Shown here: piece after piece, positions 1 through 12,112 of the stretch
How positions within the stretch are numbered: the stretch's first letter is position 1
How the letters are laid out: each line of letters begins with the position of its first letter
NCBI RefSeq assembly: GCF_020745735.1
Contig: NC_083411.1
Coordinates: 87,158,328 to 87,222,327 of the forward strand
Direction: 5' to 3'
Source: Hemiscyllium ocellatum
Taxonomy: Eukaryota
Length of the DNA: 64,000 nucleotides
Notes under the pieces: generated by a model
What the model was told of the DNA's origin: nothing
What the model saw: only the letters and a program-made list of their open reading frames with translations
Databases searched by the model: none
Translations under genes and position numbers: made by a program

Positions 1-429
1 TGAATATCTAGAATTGCTATACTCTAGAGACCTGTGGATCACTAAATATATTTAAGGAGAAGATAGATACATTTGTGAAATATCAGGGAGCTGAGGGCTG
101 TCACAGAAGAAACATTTCAAGACTTATGGAAATCATCTGTCATCTTACTGAATGGTGGGGTGAGTTTGAGGGGTCAACTTTATGCCAATCAATTTTCACA
201 CTAATTCCCTGCTTAGGTATATTAAAATAATCCAATCCTGATTCTTCAAAATTGTTCTTGGAGAGAAATTTAAGTTTCTAACAATTTGGGCTAAATATCA
301 TAAAGATACAGGCAAGTAAGAATTTAGCGCTTATAATTTGAAATCATCAGATACTTCTACTAAAAACAAACTATAATATATTATTACACAATTAACATAA
401 GAAAATGCTTTGCTTTTGTTCCTTCTGGG

Positions 430-785
430 CTGACAGCATCATTCACAAGGCCAATATTTGCTGCCATTCCTATTGCCCTTGAACTGACTGACTTTCTAGT
501 CCATTTTCAGATGGCAATTACAATTCATTCATATTGTTGCGGGTCTGACATCACATATAGTCTAGATCAGGTATGGATGGCAGACTTCCCTCATATGTGA
601 CACCAAAGGATGTTAGTGAACCAGATGTGTCTTAACAATAATTGATGATAGCCGTCATGACTCTTACTGAGAGTAGCTTCATGTTCCAAATTTGTTAATT
701 GAATTTAAATTCCATCTGCTGTCCCTTTTGCATTATCTTGGTCCTGTGGATTACTAGTCTAGTGACATAACCACTGCACCACCTT
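430..785 (-). mobile_element. Old Deu-domain-like SINE
   Basis: - strand CTGGTTCACTAACATCCTTT...GGAAGTCTGCCATCC core with tRNA-like head near 785. Confidence 0.6.
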
Positions 786-2059
786 GCACAGCAGAGAATT
801 CCCATCAAAAGATCTTACAATAATACATATCACTTTTTGAAAATCTGTTTTGCAATCAGACTGTGGAATTATCCTGCCAAAAACATCAGCGTTAATACTT
901 TTGAAGTTGCTAGTGGTTCAGAGAATAACGCATACACTGATATCACAGCTGTTTTCAACCCTCCCTCATTTTAAAAAAAAAGTTTATTTTCAACGTCTAC
1001 CTTGAACCATCAGGAAACTCAGGACCCATTTGAATTTAACATCTGCCTAGCTAATATACTTCTTCCTAATGTGGTTATTGAATTAATAATCTACAACATG
1101 AAGGTATAAGGGTGTTACCAAAGAAGCCAATTTACCCTCTGATCTCTTACCTTCACTGCATTACCCCCTTTGGATCCCTTTTCTTTCTTCTCAGTATTAT
1201 CACCACTGGCTGCAGCACCTTAAATATACAAAAATGGAAGAATTTTCTTTGTTTTCAAAGTAAGTGCATTGGTAATCCATAATTCAGTTCATGGTTGCAC
1301 GATATGGAGTTTCAGCAACATGTTTTTGGAGTATTTGACTATTAAAAAACTAAGATATGATTCCCCAAAGATTAAACAATAATAAAAGCAAAATACTGCA
1401 GTTGCTTGAAATCTGAAATAAAAACATAAAGTACTAGAGAAACTTAGTATATCTGACTGCATTTGTAGAGAGGGAAACAGAGTTAATGCTTCCAATCCAG
1501 TATGATTCTTCTTTGGAACAGATTTGACAAAAAGAGTTCTGAAGAATTCCAAAGAAGTCGACCGTACTTGAAACACTAACTCTGTTTCTCTCTCCACAGA
1601 TGCTGCCAAAGCTACTGAGTTCCTCAAGTTTTTACTAGCATAATAATTGGCTTGCCAATCTCAATAATTGATAAACACCTCACTGTCATTATGTCCATGG
1701 GTGAAAGTGGTATTGGGATTCCTTTTGCATACTGAGCATATAAATAAAAAAAAGACAGATTCAGGCAATCATTTGGATCTGAGAAGGTTGTAGGGGCAAA
1801 CCTTTGCAAAGCTCTAAAGAAGAAATCAGGAGGGGGAATTAAGAGTTATTTTGCTTATGCCAAGCAAAATGCATAGCTTGTTTATTTCCTTGACTTTATT
1901 ACTTAAGGACAAGTAGTACTGGTTGAATTAAGAGAATCTGAAAATAACTATTAAGCTGTATGTTCTCCCGACATGAAATAAAGCATCTTAATAATTTATT
2001 TCATGCAAAATGCTTCTCAAGTTTACATTCAGACATATTTGACATCTTACAAGAAAAAC

Positions 2060-2625
2060 AAAGGGGTTATGGTTCAGTTATACAGGACACATGTGAGACT
2101 ACATCTGGAGTTCCATAAGTTGGCCTCCTTGTTTAAGGAAAGATGCAAATTCAGAAAAGGTTTATTAGATTAATACTTCAAATGAGAAGGCTCTCTTATG
2201 AAGAAAGTTTGGTCTGACGAGTCTAGTATCTCCTGGAGTTTACGAGAGTAAGAGGCAACTTGATTAAAACATGAAGATTTCAAGGGGTTTTGACAGAGTG
2301 GGTGCACAAATGCTTCCTCTTGTGGGAGAATCTAGAACTAGGGGCAACTATTTAAAATAAGGTATTGTTCATATAAGACAGAGATGACATGATCATTTTT
2401 TTTGGAGGGTCATAAGTCTTTGGAACTCTCTTCCTCAAAAGGCAAGGGAAGCACAGCTCTTGAAAATTTTTCAGTAAAGATGGATAGATAATTAATAAGT
2501 GGGTGAAAGGTCATTGGGGTAGGCAGAATTGTGAATTGAGATTGCAATCAGATCAACCATGATTTTATTAAATGGTGGAGCAAGTTTGTGCAGCCAGATC
2601 GCCTATTTCTACTCATAATTCCTAT
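2060..2625 (+). mobile_element. CR1 3' fragment
   Basis: Degenerate ORF2 C-terminus and 3' UTR homologous to 29620-30300. Confidence 0.7.
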
Positions 2626-3769
2626 GTTTATATGGTGTGTGAATTACATGTATATCCATTTCAAAGTAGTAGCTAGTACTGGTGTTAAAACTGGCATCAC
2701 ACTATGACGTAAGTAGATTCTGGAGTATGGAATGCTGGACTGAAAAAGGTATTATTGATATTGGGATACAATTCTCTGGATGACGATAATCTAGTGTTAC
2801 ATTTTTTCAATAATGACCTTTAATGTACAACACCAAACAGTGAATGTAACTGGGCAACTTGTCACAAAGGAGTCACAAAGCCAAATCTCTAATTTTGACC
2901 CAATATCTTGCAGGTGCATTTTCTGGCAGTAAGCATTCAGAAGTGGATGAAAAAAACAAAACTGTGGAAGTTCTGATGATGAGTCATTCAACTTGAAATT
3001 TCAACTTTTCTCTTCACAGATGGATCCAGACCTGCTAAGTTTCAGCAGCAATTTGTGCTTTTGATTGCCCAGTCTTCCTTGCTCCCAAGTTGTACGACAC
3101 CTGAGCAAATCTTATCACCCACCTGACTGCAAAATCAGGTCACGGGAGAAACTGAAAAGTTTCTGACACATGTAGCATGATGTTGCATCCTTGTGGAGTA
3201 ATCTGGAACATGCTCATTTTACAAGAATGTACTTCATCAAAGGCTGCACAATTCAGTTCTTAAAATAAGATTAACTCTTGATAAAGTAACTACCTCCAGA
3301 GTGTGCACCTGGATAAAATAATGTTGTTTATACTGCAAAACACAATTTCCTCTGAGTAAGCATACTTAGTAAGCAATCTCTGTGACACCAAAGAGTAGGA
3401 GAATTAGTTCAACTTATTAAAATCAGCCCTTGTACCAGAATTACATAAACGTCCCTTTGGGCCTATGCTTTAGTGCAACATCAATTGCTAACTCTGGTGA
3501 ACCAATCTTTGTTTTCCTCCTTTTCTTTTATCACACAATATCCACCTCTTCAGCTTCAGTTATGCCAGCAGCACTCACTGTTAGGAACCAGTGAATAACT
3601 ACAGATGAAACTAACATTCATGTCCATCCTTTTTCATTTACATTTGCACAACAACAACAACATTTAAACTTCAATTCCGAGGAATGATACTGATAATGTT
3701 TAAGATGAACACACCTTTCCCACCCTTAGACTTTCCTTTAGGAGGCATCTCGAGAGAGAGGAGTCAGAC

Positions 3770-4028
3770 ACCTGCCGCCTGACCAAAGGCCCACAGATTT
3801 CGAGCTGTCAAACGGCCCAGCGGATCATCAATTAATCCTCCAACGAATGTCCAAGTTTTCACTTGGCGAGATTTTCGCGGTGAGTGATGTTATCGGGAAA
3901 AAAAAATTATGTGAGCGGAAAAAAAAGACAGCTCCTGCCGTCATCACGCAGCGCCGACTAAGTGAAGGACCAACAGCGACGAGACAATCTCCCGTTAGGA
4001 TTGAGTGTGAATTGTGAGCAGGGTGAGT
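3770..4028 (+). promoter_or_regulatory. Probable PLA2G12A promoter and non-coding first exon
   Basis: Local CpG enrichment in a CpG-poor background, E2F-like TTTCGCGG (~3873), strong donor AGG|GTGAGT at 4023; the ATG-bearing exon itself has no CpG island. Confidence 0.55.
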
Positions 4029-4274
4029 AATGGAGACTGTAGCTTTTCCTGCGGGTTACAGGGTAAGGAAAAGTGTTTTCATTGTGGACACAAATGTTAG
4101 CTTTCTCTATGTGTTTGGAGTGGGAGCGGTGATGATGCTGAGTCAGGTGCCCCTGCAGCTGTTTCAGTCTGAACTTTTAACCAGGAAATGAAAGTAATCA
4201 GTAATAACAATATACATTTATATTGGGCGTAAACTCGGACAGATGGTGTTGTAGTTTTCACAATGTTGAGCGAG

Positions 4275-4480
4275 TAATCGAGCGGCTCAGGCTAATGCTC
4301 AGGGGCACGGGTTTGAATCCCAGCTGGTGGAGTTGAGAGTTTGTCTTAGGACTTGTGGTTATGAAACCATAATCAATTCTTCTAAAAACTCATCAGGTTC
4401 TCTACTGCCTTCAGGAAAGGAAATCTGCCATCCTCACCTCGGCTAGCCTACAGCAATGTGATTGACTGCTCACTGAAGTG
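4275..4480 (+). mobile_element. Old Deu-domain-like SINE, truncated by the L1-like fragment
   Basis: GGTTTGAATCC B box; CCTTCAGGAAAGGAAATCTGCCATCC core. Confidence 0.55.
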
Positions 4481-4960
4481 GTCTTTATCATCAAGATGGG
4501 TTTCTTGCAACAGGGCAATATCAACCATCTCCTTCCTGATACTCGAAAGTACTTCTTTTTTTGTTTTGACCAGCGAGTGACTCCCCTTGATATTCCAGGT
4601 GCATGGTTTGAGGAGACACTTCGCCATATCCCTCGATGACAACTCTTGAACCCCTAAAAGGACAAACCCAACCTCAGTGCGCTGAGTGTAAATAAATGAA
4701 GGCTCATAGAATTTTTAAAAAATACACACACTAAAACTGCACTAACAATACTTTCAAAAACTACGTCTACTAAAAACCAACAAACTAAACCAATTGCAAC
4801 ATATAAAAATATTTGATGGGAGACTCTTCTTTCCACCCCCCCCCAAGAGGGGCCACTCACATTACCTGCATACACCTCCAGAACCCCTCCTAGCTAGAGC
4901 TGTGCCCCAAACTCAGGTGAAGGATAAACAATTAAACTAGGTATTATGGACAAAGAAATT
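4480..4960 (-). mobile_element. L1/Tx1-clade LINE fragment (start of ORF2 endonuclease plus upstream spacer)
   Basis: TWNIKG...DIALLQETHL, an APE endonuclease N-terminus. Confidence 0.7.
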
Positions 4961-4974
4961 ACAAATGTGATTTT

Positions 4975-5380
4975 TTTTTCCCCCTGAAACGTTTGAGGCT
5001 GAAGGGTGACCTTTTATAGAGATTTATAAAATCATGAGCGGCATAGTTAGGAAGAATGACTAAGGTCTTTTTCCTCTCGTGGAGGAGCCCAAAACTAGAG
5101 GACATCAGCTTAAGGTGAGGAGGAAAGATTTAGGACCTGAAGAGTAACTTTTTCAAGCAGAGAGTGGTGCATGTATGGAATGAGCTGCCAGAGGAAGTGA
5201 GGTAAAAAGTGGAGTTGGGTACAATTACAATATTTAAAAGCATTTGGATGGTAATATGAATAGGAAGATTTATGGGGATATGGGAGAAATACTGGCAATT
5301 TGGACTAGGTCAGATTGGGATGTCTGGGCAGTGCAAACGAGTTGGAGCAAAGGGTTTGTTTTCATGCTGTATGAATCTAT
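4975..5380 (+). mobile_element. CR1 3' fragment
   Basis: RLKGDL..YKIM and WNELPEE motifs. Confidence 0.75.
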
Positions 5381-5726
5381 AAGTAAGGAGGTGATGAAGA
5401 CAAGATTAGACACAATCAAGAGAAGTGTTAGGAAGGAGATGATTTAAAGTCAAGAAGAAGGTTATAAACAAGTGATAATTTTTCAACTCAGCAATATAAT
5501 TTTAGAACATTGTTTTTCGTGGATCTAATTATAAAGATTTTGCAAACGATTGTGCTCCATTAATTCAGGCTGTGTTTATGGTAAGAACAATCATGGTAAT
5601 AAACATAGTTGGAAATATGATTGTAATGCTTCTCATAACTGAATAGTTTGCCAAAACCTAAAATTATGGAACCATAGCAAAGAGCTGGCACAAAAGCTGT
5701 TGGGTCCATTATGGTCTTTGCTGTAT

Positions 5727-6440
5727 TGTGAAAATGTGGGTGTACTGTATCTTTAAGAAAGTTAGAAGCTAGCAGAACTACCTGACAGCACTAAGTGTTC
5801 TGAACAAGATATAATGTAATCCTTTGGTCCAGCAGCTAGGGTAGGTAGTTGCCTGGAGACACAAACAAATTTGAATTAGGCCCATCAATTTAAATTATAC
5901 CCCCCAAAAAAACCAAACCCCAATCAAGTTTGAATTTAGTATATTGGCAATATTAACAGCAAATGACACAATCCAATGCTTTGGGGATATAAGACTGGGA
6001 AGACGTGAACAGTTGGGAGAGAACCGCCAAGCTACCAGCATGTACAGACTGCCCGAAACACAGCTCTCTTAAAGGTACATTTATCAATCAATGACCTGTG
6101 AAAGAGAAATCTTAAGAAGAAAATCTCCAGAAGGAGACATAAAGGGAAGATTCAACAGCTGCCTGGTTTCGAAATTTGAAGTTTTGGTAAATCTTAATCG
6201 TGGGTTTTATTGGACTAGTATTATAAAGGGAAAGTAAACAATACGTTAGAGGAAGGAGTTGTAAATAGTTGTTAGCTAATTATTCTCTGTTATACTTCAA
6301 GAAATAAAGTTGTTAATTTTTACTTTAAATAGTTCTTGGCCCCTCGAATTTTCACAGATTACCGAACAGGGTAAATCTTTTCTGTGTTGCTGGTTTAAAA
6401 TTAGCGGGGTGGGGAGGTGGGGTTACCCCGTGTTGTAACA
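5727..6440 (+). mobile_element. Probable solo LTR
   Basis: TGTGA...TAACA ends, TATAA ~5988, AATAAA ~6303; no TSD found. Confidence 0.55.
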
Positions 6441-8470
6441 GCTAGAACTAACTAGAAGTGATCCAACCACCCTGTTCTCTCCTCATAGCCTTTGTCTTCA
6501 AATACACAAGTATTTTTACAAATGCATTAGCTCTCTAAATTGCTGCCTGTTGAAGGAATCCCACGGTGAATTTGATGGTGTGAAAGTTACCTAGAATCTC
6601 TTGAAGAGTGACCCTCCATAGAGAAAATAAGGAATTAAATTGGGAAGTTTCTCTCCCATTCGGAACAGGGACAGTATATTTGGTAGTGCTAATACCCTTG
6701 GATTCAATGCAATAGGGATGGGTATTGCTTGCCATGTCAACAGCAAGTATTCAGTGATGTTTTGGGTGTAGGTGAAAGTTCAGTTGCAGTGCATTGTCAC
6801 TTTTCTACAGAAGACCAGATGTATTCAGTCTAATTTTCCAGTTTCTTGATCTTTGTACAGAATTTATATTAAGGTCTTGAGCTATCTTGGGCTGCAGCCA
6901 ACGTCAGTGGGCAGAGGAGCTCTATTTGTCGCTATTTTGAGGGCGCTGGATCCTTAAATGTTCCCTTCAGCCCTTGTTCAACCTCAAGTTTTGAATATTT
7001 GCAATTGTTCCAATACGTGCCCCAGAGGACATCCCAGACTTCAAATCAATCCTTATCCATCAGACATAATATTGTTAATTTTGATGGAGATTTAGGTTCA
7101 GAAACTTGAGTATATATATAGCCCCATTAAAAATTAATGAAGTGTTTTCAATGTATACTGTATTCAGTGTAGGAGGCAATAGTAGAGCAATTGATTTGAA
7201 CATGGCAATGTCTCTCGAACGTGAATGTTTAACAGGCTAGATATATATTTAGAGTCATTGAGATGTACAGCACGGAAACAAACCCTTCAGTCCAACCCAT
7301 ACATGTCAACCAGATATCCCAACCCAATTTAGTCCCATCTACTAGCACCCGGCCCATATCCATCCAAACTGTTCCTTTTCATATATCCATCCAAATGCCT
7401 TTTAAATGTTGCAATTATACTAACCTCCACCACTTCCTCTTAATCATATTTATGTTTCTGGTGCAAGTGTTTATTGTAATATTGGTGTAAATGTGTTTTT
7501 GTTGGTAATGCTAGTTGAGAACTCATTGTTAGCTCGGACATTCTTCAGGCCAATGGGATCTTTTATATCTACTTGTGATAACAAATCTCAGTTGTACACT
7601 CTTGTTCCGAAAACAGCATGTTTAAAAGTGCAGGACCCTCTTAATGTGACACTGAAGTGTCAGTTTAGATTATGTGACGCAGCTCTCTGATTCAGATGTG
7701 GAACTACTGTGGTCATTTTGGAAAAAAAATGGGAGCGGGCAAGAGGAATCAAAAAGACTTTTGTTCTATCCTTAACATAGTGAAATGTCTAGGTCTTTCA
7801 GGAGGAGGGCGAGGAGAGGCAGATTGACAAAAAAAAACAAAAATAAACTTAAAAACCTAACATGAAAATGAGCAAGATATTGGAAGGCAAATGAGTTTAG
7901 GCAGTAAGGCTTACATTGTGGGAATGACATTACTGAAAGGCCTGATTGATAGCAGCAACGGAGGAGGGGCAAAATGAGCTTCTGACCAGAGACAGCAGGT
8001 TGGTTGTGGAAACAAATGTTTATTTAATTTTTTTGTTTTATTGCCTCATTAGGTGTTTCACATCCTTTATCTCGAGCAAAAATCTAATAACATTAGGGTA
8101 AACATTTTATATCAAATCTATCATTCAGTGTGGAGCAGGCTAAATGAAGGGAGAGCCATAATTTGAGTTGTGATAGTCTTCAGTGTAAAAATGGACATTT
8201 CACACTGTAAAATGAAGTTGGGAAAATTGACTTACTCCTATTTTGAAACTTCTGGTTTTGCTTTTATAGACATTTCTAGACTGTTTTTGAATGTACTGTT
8301 TAATTCAAAACCACATTCGTTACCAATCCGAGACATATTACTGAATGCTCAATGTAAAATTAGCTATGGCTCATGGATAACAGGGAGGACTAGCCATTTG
8401 GATACAGAACTGGCTCAATGGTCGAAGACAGAGGGTTCTTTCCAGACTGGAGGCCTGTGACCTCCACTAT

Positions 8471-8505
8471 CACCTGATGAAGGAGCGTCGTTCCGAAAGC
8501 TAGTG
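8471..8505 (+). ncRNA. Minimal hammerhead ribozyme motif (PLE-type)
   Basis: CTGATGA-A-GGAGC(GTC)GTTCC-GAAA-GCTA with flanking CAC/GTG stem I. Confidence 0.65.
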
Positions 8506-8759
8506 TGCTTCCAATTACCCCGTTGGACTATAGCCTGGTTTTGTGTGATTTTTAACTTTGTACACCCCAGTCCAACACCGGCATCTCCAAATTGGGTCTA
8601 GATTAGGTTAGGATATCTGATCAGTATGGACGAGTTGGACTGAAGGATCTGTTCCTGTGCTGTTCTTCTCTATGACTGTTGTAAAATTTATATTCAGAGT
8701 AAAAATAGGATGGATTTGAATGTTTGGTAAATGGGAAGGTAATGAGTGGAGGTCCGAGG

Positions 8760-9450
8760 AGGTATAGTTGTCTGTGTGTGTAGACTGTGAAATGCAGGGA
8801 ACAGGATCAAAAAATAATTAAAATGGGTAATGAAAGGTCAACCTTTGAATTCTAGTCCTCTGAATAAAAAGGAGAGGAAGGAAATTTTGCTGAAGTATCA
8901 AATTCTGATTGGACTACACTTGGAATACAGTTCCAGAAAAGCACACTTCAGGATATATTGGTTTTTGGAAGGTGTATTGTGCAGATTATCTATCCTTATT
9001 CAGAGAGCTGTGATTCTGCGACTATTACCAGGGCTCCAAGAATTGGCTTATGAGAGATGATACAGATTAGGTTTGTATCCACTGGAATATAGCGAAATTT
9101 AATTGAAGTATTTAGGATTTTGAAAATAATTGTTAGACTAAAAGGGAAACCTTTATCTGTTTTGGGTTGCTACTCATGTTAGGAAAGCATGATCTTTAGA
9201 ATCAGAGACAAGCTGTTCAGGGGAGAAGTTAGGAAACATGTCTTCACGCACGTTGTAAAATTCCCTCCTGCAAGAAGCAGTAAGTGTTAGCTGAATTTAT
9301 CATGTATAAATTTGAGATCAGTTGCTTTTTGCTAGCTTAGGATATTAAGAGATGTGGAGTCAAGACAATTGCATGGAATTATCTGATCCCATACAATGAC
9401 AGAACAGCCTTCAGGGCTGAATGATTTACTCCTTGTCCTACATCTATATG
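8760..9450 (+). mobile_element. Old CR1 3' fragment
   Basis: LHLEY motif and CR1 3' UTR. Confidence 0.6.
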
Positions 9451-9818
9451 CTCCAATCTGTTCTGTGTTCTCAGTAATTGTGGTACTTCAGACAGATGAA
9501 GTGCGAATCAGATTTTTTATGATTTGATGATGCATGGGAATGAAAGATCATGAGGGAGGTACAGGAGTGTAATGCTGAGGTTAAAATCAGATCAGCCATG
9601 ATATTATTGAATGGTGAAGCAGGCTTGAAGGGCCAAGTGACCTACCCTTGCTCCTTGCTCATATGTATGTTTGCATGATTTCTGTCTTAGAGTCGTACAT
9701 CACAGAAACTGACCCTTCAGACCTCCCAGTCCAAGTCAACCATAATCTCAAACCAAACTAGTCCCACCTACCTGTTCCCTGGCCCATATCCCTTCAAACC
9801 TTTCCTATTCATGTCATT

Positions 9819-10636
9819 CTAGAAGGAAGTGAGGACTGCAGATGCTGGAGATCAGAACTGAAAGTGTGTTGCTGGAAAAGCGCAGCAGGTCAGGCAGCAT
9901 CCAAGAAGCAGGAGAATCAACGTTTTGGGCATGAGCCCTTCTTCAGGAATGAGGAGAGTGTGCCAAACAGGCTAAGATAAAAGGTAGGGAGGAGGGACTC
10001 GGGGGAGGGGCGTTGGAAGTGCGATAGGTAGAAGGAGGTTAAAGTGAGGGTGATAGGCTGGAGTGGGGGTGGGGTGGAGAGGTCAGGAAGAAGATTGCAG
10101 GTTAGGAAGGCGGTGCTGAGTTCGAGGGTTGGGACTGAGGCAAAGTGGGGGGGAGGGGAAATGAGGAAACTCGAGAAATCTGAGTTCATCCCTTGTTGGA
10201 GGGTTCCTAGGCGGAAGATGAGGTGCTCTTCCTCCAGCCGTCGTGTTGCTATGGTCTGGCGATGGAGGAGTCCAAGGACCTGCATGTCCTTGGTGGAGTG
10301 GGAGGGGGAGTTGAAGTGTTGAGCCACGGGTTGGTTGATCCGGGTGTCCCAGAGGTGTTCTCTGCGGAACGTTTCAGCACCACCTTCCTAACCTGCAGTC
10401 TTCTTCCTGACCTCTCCGCCCCCAGCCCCACTCCGGCCTTTCACCCTCACCTTAACCTCCTTCCACCTATCGCATTTCCAATGCCCCTCCCCCAAGTCCC
10501 TCTACCCTACCTTTTATCTTAGCCTGCTTGGCACACTCTCCTCATTCCTGAAGAAGGGCTCATGCCCGAAATGTCGATTCTCCTGCTCCTTGGATGCTGC
10601 CTGACCTGCTGTGCTTTTCGAGCAACACGTTTTCAG
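9819..10636 (-). mobile_element. Penelope-like (Neptune-type) 3' fragment with inverted pseudo-LTR, nested in CR1
   Basis: Inverted arms ~9856-10120 / ~10375-10636; TSD CTATTCATG(T/A)CATT 9805-9818 / 10637-10650. Confidence 0.88.
10545..10580 (+). ncRNA. Minimal hammerhead ribozyme motif (PLE-type)
   Basis: CTGAAGA-A-GGGC(TCAT)GCCC-GAAA-TGTC. Confidence 0.6.
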
Positions 10637-11074
10637 CTATTCATGACATTGTCCAAATGTCTTTTAAACGTTGTAATTGTGCTCGCAACCACCACTTCCT
10701 TGGGAAGTTCATTCCACACACAAACTACCCTTTGTGTAAAAATAAATTGCCCCTCATGTCTTTTTAAAAAATCTCTCACCTTAAAAATATGCCTCCAGTT
10801 TTGAAATCCCTCCCCATCCGATGAAAAGGCAACTACCATTAACTCTATGTATACCCCTAATTATTTTATAAACTTCTCACCATTGAACTTCCTACATTCC
10901 AGTGAAAGTAGTCCCAGCCTATCCAGCCTTACTTTATAACTTAAATCTTCCACAGCTGGCAACATGGTATATCTCTTCTGAACCCTCTCCAGCTTAATAT
11001 CCCTAAACTGGGTGACTAGAACTGGATACAGTACTCCAGAAGAGGCCTCACCAATGCCCTGTACAGTCTCAACC

Positions 11075-11266
11075 TTCTTCCTTCCTCCCCCACCCCCCCA
11101 TTTATCTCTCCACCCAGGAGGCTCCCTGCCTTCAGTCCTAATGAAGGGCTTTTGCCCAAAATGTCGATTTTCCAACTCTTTGGATGCTGCCTGACCTGCT
11201 GTGCTTTTCCAGCACTACTCTAATCTAGACTCTGATTTCCAGCATCTGCGGTCCTCACTTTTGCCT
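11075..11266 (+). mobile_element. PLE terminal fragment nested in CR1
   Basis: Same tail as 52100-52275; mutated hammerhead core ~11138. Confidence 0.7.
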
Positions 11267-11609
11267 ATGACTTCCCAAATCTTATACTCAGTTATGTTTG
11301 TTCGTTTCATCATTGCTACTGTAATAAAGAATTAAAGTTGGGAGTAGATTGCTTTTTTTTTAGTAATTGCACAGGGAAATCTAATACCCTGTGGTGTGCT
11401 TTTACAACATCAAACTTTTTAATGCCAAAATACATAACACACAGCAAATATTTCAGTCGTTCAACGTCAATGACTAGCATTTGCTTCTGTTATGAACCAA
11501 TAGAATTTGTGGTTATGAAATTTGAACTTTGAATTTAAATAATATATTTTTTGTATAAATTTGATTTCATAAGCCCTCTTTTCTTTTTCTTCCTCTTGCC
11601 CCATTCTAG

Positions 11610-11913
11610 ATTTGCAAAAGTGCAACAGATGTGATACTTGCATCCAATTTGGCTTGCTGTTCTCATCCATGTGACCAACACTGGCGCTTGTACAGCATGA
11701 CATTCTTCTGGGAACTGTTCCAGGACTATCTATCTACAGCAGTCAAAAGTTTAGTAACCAGTGAAGTCTGAATACTCTAAATTACCCTGATGCTGAAATC
11801 ACTAACTGACCATTTTTAAAATTTGTAATGCCAATGAACCTTTGCAATAGTATTTTATATTTTAACCAAAAACTTGAAGTGAAAAGAGTTTCAGTGCAGA
11901 GTTTCCATTGAGC
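11610..11913 (+). other. Probable 5' UTR part of the PLA2G12A ATG-bearing exon
   Basis: Long polypyrimidine tract ending ...cttcctcttgccccattctag at 11609 is the best acceptor upstream of the ATG. Confidence 0.5.
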
Positions 11914-12112
11914 ATGCATTTGCTTGTCTATGTGCTTGTGGGAATTATTTTGAAGAGTCATGGGTACCATTCAGAAGTGACATACTACAAAGACTGGATG
12001 GGGAAGCTGAAAACAATTCGTAACGGAATTCATAAAATTGATATGTATCTAAATGCAGCACTGGATTTACTTGGTGGAGAGGATGGGATCTGCAAGTACA
12101 AATGCAGCGATG
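11914..12112 (+). CDS. PLA2G12A: PLA2G12A coding exon 1 (signal peptide and N-terminus)
   Basis: Translates MHLLVYVLVGIILKSHGYHSEVTYYKDWMGKLKTIRNGIHKIDMYLNAALDLLGGEDGICKYKCSD(G), matching the group XII sPLA2 N-terminus; phase-1 donor G|GTGCGT at 12113. Confidence 0.95.

Larger units (their letters stand above)
9690..11295 (-). mobile_element. CR1 3' fragment hosting two PLE insertions
   Basis: FTQRVVCVWNELP, LERVQKR motifs. Confidence 0.75.

Noticed and set aside
3905-4020. lac-operator-like words (ATGTGAGCGGA, AATTGTGAGC)
   Set aside because: Only partial matches, no vector context; consistent with chance
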